A stretch of 64,000 bases of DNA from Felis catus. Taxonomy: Eukaryota. The translations under genes were made by a program, and so were the position numbers. This document shows, piece after piece, positions 50,470-60,133 of the stretch. The notes beneath the pieces were generated by a model, which saw only the letters and a list, made by a program, of their open reading frames with translations, did not search any database and had not been told where the DNA came from. The stretch covers positions 58,220,001 to 58,284,000 of the forward strand of contig NC_058382.1 of assembly GCF_018350175.1 (NCBI RefSeq), read 5' to 3'. Within the stretch, counting starts at the first letter, position 1. Each line of letters starts with the position of its first letter.

Positions 50470-50902
50470 GCTGTGGCTCGGGACCCCAAGCTCTGGCTGA
50501 AACGGCACAAGCGTCCTCTCTCTCCGCTCTGGAGGCCTGGGGTCCAGAATCACGGAGGGACCAGCAGCGCTGGTCCCTCTGAGGCCGTGAGGATCTCTGT
50601 TCCAGGCGCCCCTCAGCCTGTGGACGGCCGCCCTTTTCCCCGTCTCCTCGCGTCGTCCTCCCCGTGTGTGTCTGTCTGTGTCCAAATTTTAAAACGACAC
50701 CAGTCACACTGGATTAGGGGGCCAGCCTGCTCCGGAATGACCTCATCTTTTTTTTTTTTTCCCCAGAATGACCTCATCTTAACTAATTAAATTACATCTA
50801 CAATGACCTTATTTCCAAATGAGGTCACATTCGGAGGTCCTGGGATTAGGGTTTCAGCCTATGAATTTGGGGGGGGGGAGGCACAGTTCAGCCCAGACCT
50901 CA
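50470..50902 (-). mobile_element. MLT1B-like MaLR solo LTR
   Basis: gacaccagtcacactggattaggg...atgacctcatcttaactaatt...attacatctacaatgaccttatttccaaatgaggtcacattcggaggtcctgggattagg...cacagttcagccc. Confidence 0.85.
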
Positions 50903-52929
50903 GCATGGCCTCGGACCAAGGGGTCCTTCCAGCTCTAAAGCGTGAATGTGCCCTGGTCCCAGCCAAGGGCAGTTCCCTGGATGCCAGGGGAGGGGAGACC
51001 TTGCTTCCCCGGCCCCCTCCTGCCCTCTCCTTTTTCGGATCCCTCCTCCACCTGGGGTCTCCACCATCCAGCCCAGGGTGCATGCTCTTCCAGACCCCCC
51101 CCCCCCAACAATGGAGCCTTTGCTCTGGGCACCAGATCCCCACTGGCTGTGTGACATGGCCAGGAGTCAGGACTGCTCCTTGAAGGTCACGCCTCCTGCC
51201 CCAGGGGGTTGAGGGAGGCACCCTACAGAACACACGGTGGCGAACCTTTTAGTCTTAAGTAATTCCAGCAAGTAACAAGGGAGGGATAAGTGCCCGCACT
51301 TGCCAGGGGTCCTGATGTAGCTGGTTTTTATTGAGCAACCTCAGTTCAGAGCGTGGATTGCTCGACGTCTGTCTTTCTCACTGGGAAAGATGTCGCCCCT
51401 CCAAGGCAGGGAATTGGTGGGGTGGGGGTGGGGGGTGTGCCTCCATCACTCAATAGGCTAGAGAAGCAAGAACAGGGATGGCCCTTGGCCCGGGCGGGGC
51501 TTGTGGGGTGCCGATCCCAGCCTGGGCACTCCGGCGGGGCGACGAAACCCCCACTCCCGCGGGCGGGCGTCTGGAGGGCCCGGCTGCGTAAGATGAAAAA
51601 AATAAATACGAGCGGGCGGGAGAAATAAAGGGGGAAAACAGCGATGTGGAGCCCCAATTGCTAGCAGATGGTGCTGGTATTAGGAAAATGAAAATACATG
51701 CAGTAAATTTGCTATTTGCCAGTGTTAATTTCTTATCCCAAGGTAAAACCTTCCCCCTGGCCCTAGTCCTGCCATCTGCACGTTCGTAAAATACATTACG
51801 GCGGAATCGATCGAGCGGCAGTGTGCATGTGGGGCTCCGGGTGGTCGGGCTCCAAGGGGGGAGGGCGGGGGACACGGACGCACCTGCTGGGGTCCTGGGG
51901 ACCAGCCCCTGGGCTTCCCGCCTTCAGCCCAGGTACGTTGAGGTATGCATCTCAGGTCATGACCTTCGTTGGCTTGGCCTCCGTCATGGCGCGGAGACCC
52001 GGGGTGTGGGGTGTGGGGAAGGCTGCCGGACCCCCGGAAGCTCTCCCACCTGAGAACCCACTCCTGACCCGCTTGTTCCCAGGGAGTCAGTGTTAGCCAG
52101 GCTGGCGATACTTAGCCCGGGGTCCCGCCCCCCTGGTTTCCTGGGCTCTCCCTTGGGCCCCCGGCCTCGGAGCCTCCCATGTCTGGGCAAGCGGAGTTCA
52201 GGCTTTGCAGGACAGGCAGCCCCCCTGGACCCTGCTTCGACCTCTGCTGTGGCTGGGCTGGTAGAGCCTCCCCCTGTGAGCCTCCCTGCTGTCTCCAGAG
52301 AGAACCCCTTCCCTCCATAGGCAGAAGCCTAACCAGTGAACCCACCCTTTTGGGGGTGGGAACAGTGTCCCCACTGGTTTCTTGCGTCCCACTCAGTGCC
52401 CACCGCCCCCCCCCCCCAGGAGAGCACAGCCGGGCCAGCCTGGGGAATGTGCCCATCGCAGCTGCCGGGCCAGCCCTGTCTACCTGCTTTTCAGAACGTG
52501 ATGTCCCCCTTGTGGCCTCAGTCCGGCTGTGTTGAGGGTGGGCCTTTGAGCCCCTGGGGCCCCCAGCCTGGAGCAGACACAGCACGTGCTCAGGGATGAC
52601 CGGTGCTCCCCTCCCCCAGGGTCCTGGTGCTCCCCCTCCTTCCCGCAGCGTGCCCTGGGGGACCGGGGGGCCCAGCCTGGGCCGCTCTGTCTGCTAATTA
52701 CCAGTGTGGGAACGGCTTTATGGTCCTCTGGGGCCCTGAGAGAGCCCCCCACATCTGGTCAATTAATGCTGAATCTGTAATTCGGATGACATACAACCCT
52801 AGCCGGCTCTCCAAATGAGGCGATTAAAAGGCTCTTCCCCTCCTTCGCTGAAGAACAAGCAAAACCGGGACCTTCTTTATTTCTCGGGATTGATGGGCCC
52901 TGCCCGCGCCCTTTGCTAGGACAAGGATT

Positions 52930-53900
52930 ATCAGGAATACCTCCGTATTTCCCGACTTCGCGGGCGGCGTAAATCTCCTATCAACTGAGGCAGGCGGCAG
53001 AGTGCTCTCGGGGGAAGGGGGAAGGCCGGCCTCGGCGGGCGGGGTGAGGCCGCCCCTGCCGCCCCTCCGCCCCCTGCCCTGCGCATGGCCGCCCTGACTT
53101 CAGGCCCCCACCCTCCTAGCCAGAGCTGGAAGTGTGCTGTGCCCCAGCGTCGTCTCTGGGGTGGGGATTGGCCTTGGAGGGGGCTCCCAGCGCCTTGCCC
53201 TGCGGCTTGAGACCCCGGGATGCCATCCTGCGCCTGCGGGCACACACGCGCGCCCACTGAGCCGCAGACCCTCCAGTCTCACGGGCAGAATTGGCCGTGG
53301 GCGGACGGGCCCCGGGCCAGAGCCTGGTTGGCGTTTCCCTGGCATCTCTGGGAAGGGGTGGCTCCCTGCTGGTGTTTTCTTTTTTTGGCCAATTAATTGC
53401 CGCGAGGAGTAGCATTTGTGAAGCATTACAGGTGAGTGCGGGAGCAACAGTGTGAGAGAGCCTGCGCGTGTGTGTGAGGCCGTGAGCAGGGGTGTGAGTG
53501 CGTGTAGGATGAGCCTTCGGGGGCCTGGGGCGCACAGAGCGAGTGCGCGGGAGTCTGGCAGCTCCTCCGCGGAGGGAAGCCCGCCCTTAGGGTCAGGCCC
53601 CGGTTCCCGCTTTGGCCCTCCCGTACCCACTCTGACCCTCAGCGGCCCACTTTGCCTCTTGGAGCCTCTTTTTCCGCCGCAGGACGTCCCCAAGGTGCAG
53701 TGGGGATAGATGGTGCGTGCGCTGAGCGGCCCGGCAGCAAGGGCCCTCGCGACGGTGTTCTCGCGGGACAGGACAGACTCTAGAACCGGACCGAGGGTGA
53801 AGTGGCAGCTGAGTGTCCCTTGGGGGACAAGGCGGGGGGCTTCGGGAAGGCCGGTGGGACAGACCCCTCGCCCTCGCCCTGGCGGTCGAGGCCACCTGCG
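52930..53900. promoter_or_regulatory. Intronic CpG-rich island, possible alternative promoter or enhancer
   Basis: CpG-dense, GC boxes (ccgcccc), adjacent AT-rich TAAT elements, perfect donor CAG|GTGAGT at 53432. Confidence 0.45.
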
Positions 53901-54744
53901 ACCCAGCTGGAGACGCCCAGGTCGCCTGTCCTTTCCACCCATCTCCAGGGGCCCCAGGTGTGGGTCTCACCTTCTGCCTTGTTCTCCCCAGTGTGTAAAG
54001 AGACATGAGGGCCACAGACCCCCCTGACATCCTGATGGTCTTTGGGTAGAGGGTCCGTTGCTGTCCTCACACCTTCAGGAGTGCACCTGACCCCAAAGTG
54101 CACGGTTCCCTCCAGGCTGCACCCGCTTTATTCCAGGGCTCCTGAAGGTACCCCAGGCATGTGAATGTTTAGGCAGGGGTTCTCTGAACTTGCTCCCCTC
54201 GCCGCCCCCCCCCAGCACCATTGAGCCTGAGACCCCTGACCCAGGAAGGGAGGGGGTGAAGACACAAGGAGACAAGACGTTTGGGAGCCCAGGGTACTCT
54301 CCTGCTCTCCCCTTTCCCTGAGGGCTCTCCGTCTTGGTGGGGAATTGGCCTTTTCCTGGAGAGAGCCATCCCTCTCCTGCGGCCTCGCTCGGTCGGGGTG
54401 CTGGGAGGGTCCCGGAGAGAGTCACAGGCGCAGGCAGCAGTGGGGGACCTCCCCAGGGGGCCTGGTGGGAGCTGCATGCCCCGGGCCCCGGGCTGGCTTC
54501 CACAGGGCTGGGCCAGCGGTGCCCGTGGCCTCCCGGCGGTCGGCAGGCTGAGCTGTCAGCACTCAGGCCTCACCAGGACCCCGTCTGCTGCTCTTGCGCG
54601 TTCACACTGTTCTTAGGAGCGGCGCGTCCTTCATTTGTTGTCCTGCATAAGTGAACAGCCAGGCTGCTCTCTCTAGGTGCTGGGGATTCATCCGTGAACA
54701 AAACAGACAGAAATCCTGCCCTCCCACAGCTTACCTTCCAAGGC

Positions 54745-54975
54745 AGCGCCGTCCCGTGTAATGTCTGACGCCGGTGGAATGTTCTAGATAGGTGATGCCC
54801 AAGTGGGTGGCCACCCCTGACGTGTGGCTGTGGAGGACTCGAAGCGCACCTGTCGTGATGAGGAACGAAGCTTTTTTTTCTCCTTTTAATTTGATTTTAA
54901 TTTATTTTCAGTTTAGCGCCGGTGGCCAGTGGCCGCCCCCCCCCCCCCCCCCCCCCCGCCCCTGGACGGTGCGCG
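54745..54975 (+). mobile_element. MER3-like fossil, GC-shifted
   Basis: cagcgccgtcc...ggaatgttctagata...gacgtgtggctgtggaggactcgaa...gaggaacgaag + AT-rich ttttaatttgattttaattt + gtggccagtggcc. Confidence 0.6.
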
Positions 54976-55164
54976 GGACCTTCGGGAGTATGGTGGGGGG
55001 GGAGGGTTTGCCTCAAACACAGCGGGTGCAAAAATGTCACTCCACCGGAGCGCAGCGTCTTCAGCACGGGGACCTTCTCTTCTGTCCGCTTTTATGTTGA
55101 ACTTCCAGCCCAGAGCTTGACATTTCAGGGGCTGCTGACAGTTGTGGAAAGAATGAATGCATGG

Positions 55165-55340
55165 CAGTCCCAGCTCTGCCGTTTGCCAGCTGTGTGACCG
55201 TGGGCAACTTGGTTAACCTCTCTGTGCTTCAGTCAACGAGAATAATAGTGCTACTCCACAGGGTGGTTAGGCGGCTTTTGGCGGGGGAAACACCCAAAGG
55301 GTTGGGAGCAGGGTGTGGCTTGGGCACTCAGTAAGTGCTT
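55165..55340 (+). mobile_element. MIR
   Basis: cccagctctgcc...cagctgtgtgaccgtgggcaacttggttaacctctctgtgcttcagt...aataatagtgctac...cagtaagtgct. Confidence 0.75.
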
Positions 55341-58174
55341 TTGTCCACTGCTTTTATTAGTAAGCGAGGAAACCAGCCCCGGGTGGTGGTTCCTGGGGCA
55401 TTTCCACTGGCTGCTGGTTTCTCTCTTTGTCCCTCCTCCCTCCGCAGGGCCGTCTTGGGGAGACCTGGACCACATTTGAATATTAGCGTCACCCCTGCTT
55501 TTAGACCTGTAAGGATTGGAGAAACCATCTCTAGTTCCTTTGTTTGGAAACTCAGCCCAGAGACCCTAGTGACCTGGCTGGGATCACACAGCTTGCTTGG
55601 TCAGTCGGGGAACTGGGACCCATCCTGGGTGTCCCAGGTTCTGGGCCAGCATTGTCCTTGTTGGTCGTCTACCTGAACAGACCTGTCCTCCCAGGGCAGC
55701 TCTGCCCACGGCCTGCCACGCCATGGGGCAGTGGCGGGGGTGGGGGCGGTCCGCTGGAGGGACAGGCTCTGGAATGGAGGGAAACACCCTCCCCCTCCAG
55801 CAAGGACGCTGTCCTGGCAGGCTGGGGGCTTGGAGGCTGACCTGGCCTACCCACATCTGGCCCTGCAGCCTCCCAGCAAGGCCACTTAGGCAAGTAACTT
55901 AACCTCCCTAAGCCTCAGTTTTCTCATCTGTGAAATGGGGCCACTGGTGCCTTGCCTCAGAGCTGGTGGTGAAGAATGAAAGAGAGAGTTCGCTGCAACC
56001 TGCTGGGCTGGGGCTCGGTATCATAGGGCCTTGCATGGAGGCACTGAGGTCCCCTCCTGTCCCTGCACCCCTCTGGATTCCCCAGCCACCTTCACAGCGC
56101 CTGGAGTGTGGCTGCCCACGGCCTTGGCACTTGGAGTCAGCCTGGGCCGTCCAGCTTGGCCTGCCGGTCGCCCTGGGGGTGCCTCCCCACAGGGCTCAGG
56201 CTCAGCCACCCCTGGCCGTCTGCAGCTCCTGTGGGGACAGCTGCCCTGAGTCCCCTGTCCCAGGCCTGATGTCATATCTGGGGGCAGCCTGGGGGCCTAA
56301 GCCGGGAGGTGCGGTTCCCACTGCCAGATCCCCTCCCTCCGCCCCTCCTTCCCTCCCCTACTCCCTCAGCCCCTTCTCCTCCATTCTCTCTCTCTCTCTC
56401 CCTCCCGCTCCCCCCAATGCCCGGCCCCTTAGCCTCCCCTCCCCCCCAGGCCCCTCTGCTCCCCCCCGGGGGCTGCCCTGTGCCAGCTCCTGCCTGTGTG
56501 AATGTCTAATCTCCAATTTTATTCGCTGGGCTCCAGCCATTTGCATAATCTACATAGTCACCCTGGTTTTAATTGCCCACAACTCTGCAGAAAGATCATG
56601 TGGTTAAGTGGTAAATCATAATTAGATAAATAATTGGTTTGGCCACAGCAAGCTGCTTTTGTTACACCTGCCATCTGCTGGACCCGTTTTTTTCTTCTGG
56701 CCAGAACAATGCGGTTCTGATGACAGAAGCATGCTGCTTCTCTCTTGCGGGGGCGGGGGGCTGGGGAGGGCGGGCGGGCGGGGGCTCGAGTGGAGGGGCT
56801 CGGAAGCAGAGCCTGGAAAATTGCCCGGTTGCTGGGGTCCGCGCCTGGCCTGCGTCTCTCATTCGCCATTCATTACCCGGCTTGGTTAATGCATCAGAGT
56901 GGCAAATTTGACTTCTTTGCAGAAAAGGGAGGGAGGAGAGAGGCCCGGGGGGAGGGAGGGAGGGAGGGAGGGATCCGGTGGGGGCTGCCCAAGGCCTGGC
57001 CCGCCTGTGGTTTGGCGCCGGGGCTCTGACAGGGCAGCGTCCCCCCCTCCCCCCACCCCTGCTGTGGGGAGCCTGGGAGGCTGGCAGGGGCAGGTGGGCA
57101 GAGGTCAGAAGCTCACATCTCTGCCCATCCATCCGCCCTCTGCTGGAAGCCCCATCTGTGAGCGCCGGAGCCTCCGGGGGAATTGGGGATCCTGGGCTGG
57201 CCGGGTCGCCTGGCCGGGGCCTTCTGCGGGGACGCCGCCGAGCCTCAGTCCCCAGACCACGGGGAGCTGCTTCGGACGGTCCTGTGTGCACTCATTCACG
57301 CCTGCACGCGTTCATTCACGCAGCAAGCGTGGGATGGGCGTTTTCCTCCATTATGAGTTTGGGTGCCCGGTTCCCTCCACGGGTCACCCTCGCTGTGTGA
57401 CTTGAGCACATTTCATGGCTGTTGCTTCATCTGTCGAACGGGGACCATAATTGTCCCTGCTGGTGGGCTTGTTGGGAGCATCAAAGGACGCGATATGGAT
57501 AAAGCCTGCCAAGCGGCGGCTGCACTAAGCGGGTCCTCGGTACCTGTGGCTGCTGAGGTGTGTGACTGCTAATTACAAAGGCTAATTAAGGGGACGGCCC
57601 TGGCGCTGCCCTCCGCTAGCGACACCGGAGGCCGAGCAGAGTGTGCTAATGGAAGAGGCACCCAGTGTGGTGGGAAGGGGCCGCGGGGAGGGAGGGCAGG
57701 GGGCTTGCCCAGACCTGTGCCTCCCTGAGTCTGAGTCTGCTCCAGACAGACAAACACAGGCGCCCCCTCCGCCACAGCGACAGCGCTCTCCCTGAAAGGA
57801 CTTCCCCGAGCCTCCCTGGCCCTGCCAGGCTCTGGCATCCTGTCTTCTGGGGTTTGCATCAGGAGAGACCCAGGAAGCGTCCTTTCTCTGCGGGGGCTCA
57901 GCTTACAATTGTCCGCCTGACAAAAGGCAGGCTGAGAGCTCAAGGCCCCTTTCCCCCAGGCGGAGACCTAGCCCCGGAGAGAGTGATAGGCCTGCCTCCC
58001 GGCTCAGAACCCCTGGGGCAGATGGCTGGCCCTGGTGTCATGATCTTACTGACCAGAAAACATTGGCGTCTTCCTTCCTGCAAACTCACTGATGACTGTT
58101 GCAAAGCTCTGGACGCAGTCTGGAATGGCAGATATTTTCTGTTTTTTCCATCCATCCGCCCATCCATTAAGCAA

Positions 58175-59254
58175 CTTCCTCCCTCCCTTCCTCCCTTCCT
58201 TCCTCCCTCCCTCCCTCCCTTCCTCCCTCCCTTGCTTCCTCCCTCCCTCCCTCCCTTCCTTCCTTCCTTCCTCCCTCCCTCCCTCCCTCCCTCCCTCCCT
58301 CCCTCCCTCCCTCCCTCGCTTCCTCCCTCCTTCCCTCTCTTCCTGCCTCCCTCCCTCCCTTCCTTCCTTCCTTCCTTCCTTCTTTCCTTCCTTCCTTCCT
58401 CCCTCCCTTCCTTCCTTCCTTCCTTCCTTCCTTCCTTCCTTCCTTCCTCCCTCCCTCCCTCCCTCCCTCCCTCCCTCCCTTGCTTCCTCCCTCCCTTCCT
58501 CCCTTCCTTCCTTCCTTCCTTCCTTCCTTCCTTCCTCCCTCCCTCCCTCCCTCCCTTCCTCCCTCCCTCCCTCCCTTCCTCCCTCCCTCCCTCCCTTCCT
58601 CCCTCCCTTCCTTCCTCCCTCCCTCCCTCCCTCCTTCCCTCCCTTGCTTCCTCCCTCCCTTCCTCCCTCCCTTCCTTCCTCCCTTCCTCCCTCCCTCCCT
58701 CCTTCCCTCCCTTGCTTCCTCCCTCCCTTCCTTCCTCCCTTCCTTCCTCCCTCCCTCCCTCCCTCCCTTCCTCCCTCCCTCCCTCCCTTCCTCCCTCCCT
58801 CCCTTCCTCCCTCCCTCCCTTCCTTCCTCCCTCCCTCCCTCCCTCCCTTCCTCCCTCCCTTCCTTCCTCCCTCCCTCCCTCCCTCCCTTCCTCCCTCCCT
58901 TCCTTCCTCCCTCCCTCCCTCCCTTGCTTCCTCCCTCCCTCCCTCCCTCCCTTCCTTCCTTCCTTCCTCCCTCCCTCCCTCCCTCCCTTGCTTCCTCCCT
59001 CCCTTCCTTCCTTCCTTCCTTCCTTCCTTCCTTCCTCCCTCCCTCCCTCCCTCCCTCCCTCCCTCCCTTCCTTCCTTCCTCCCTCCCTCCCTTCCTTCCT
59101 CCCTGCCTCCCTCCCTCCCTCCCTTCCTTCCTCCCTCCCTCCCTCCCTCCCTTGCTTCCTCCCTCCTTCCCTCTCTTCCTGCCTCCCTCCCTTCCTCCCT
59201 CCCTTCCATCTTTCCTCCCTTCCTTCCCTTCCTCATCCCTCCCTCCCTCCTTCT
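58175..59254. repeat. ~1.08 kb compound (CCCT)n/(CCTT)n polypyrimidine-polypurine tract flanked by (CCAT)n
   Basis: Directly visible. The + strand is almost entirely C/T, interrupted mainly by isolated G residues (mostly in ttgcttcc). Confidence 0.98.
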
Positions 59255-59677
59255 ATCCATCCATCTATCCACCCATCCATCCATAGCCCCTACACTTGTT
59301 CTAAAAGTGGGATCTTCTCTCTGGCAGATCCCGGGCTGCCTCACCTGCTGCTCTGTCACACCGCTGGGAGGGTTGCACCTGCTCTCCTGACCTCATCGTG
59401 GTGTCCCCTAAAGGGAGTGGGGCAGACCCCTTGCTCACTCGGGAAATGAGGTGTCAAAACAGTTTCCCAGTTAGGAGTGTTCTCAGACTCCTGTGATGTT
59501 TCCAGACCACGGTTTTCCTGGAGACCCCCTTGAGGGCAGGACTCTGGACTCACTACAGCTCTGTTCTTTGGGAAGCCCTCCATTCCGATACGCAGAAGGT
59601 TTTCTCCATGAGCCTGCCACGTAACCTCTCAGACTGAATATCAACCTGTGGCTAGGAAAGTGGGTCATTTTTATATT

Positions 59678-60133
59678 CCGTGCCGTCCAGTACGGTAGCC
59701 AGTGCTCCATCTGGCTGTTCTCAATTTAATTTTTACATTTTAAATTAGATAAACTCAGGAGTGCCTGGGTGGCCCAGTCGGGTAAGCGTCTGACTTCTGC
59801 TCGGGTCGTGATCTTAGGGTTCGTGGGTTCAAGCCCCGCGTCGGGCTCTGGTGCTGACAGCTCGGGGCCTGCAGCCTGCTTCGGAATCTGTGTCTCCCTC
59901 TCTCTCTGCCCCTTCCCTGCTCGCCCTCTGTCTCTCTCTCTCTTTCAAAAATAAATAAATGTTAAAAAAAAAATTGTTTTTAAGTTAGGTAAAATCAAAC
60001 AACATTAAAATTTCAGCTCCTTGGTCTCACTGGCCACATTTCAAGGGGTCAGTGGCCACACGTGGCTGGTGGCAACCGGCTAGGACAGCTCAGAGAACAT
60101 TGCAGCCATCCAGAAAGTTCTGTTGGACAGCAC
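59678..60133 (-). mobile_element. MER3 fossil, split by a Can-SINE
   Basis: gccgtccagtacggtagcca ... ggccacatttcaaggggtcagtggccacacgtggctggtggcaacc ... agaaagttctgttggacagcac. Confidence 0.8.
59757..59973 (+). mobile_element. Can-SINE inserted into MER3
   Basis: aggagtgcctgggtggcccagtcgggtaagcgtctgact...gggttcaagccccgcgtcgggctctg...A tail; TSD taaattagataaactc / taagttaggtaaaatc. Confidence 0.93.

Noticed and set aside
57665..59449. 594-aa, 437-aa, 432-aa and 268-aa ORFs
   Set aside because: Stop-free only because they run through the CCCT/CCTT microsatellite (PPSL and EGGR repeats).
25574..59973. Antisense bias of intronic SINEs (five minus, one plus) and possible inverted-pair dsRNA
   Set aside because: Sample too small, and the nearest inverted pair downstream of the first exon is ~19 kb apart and diverged.
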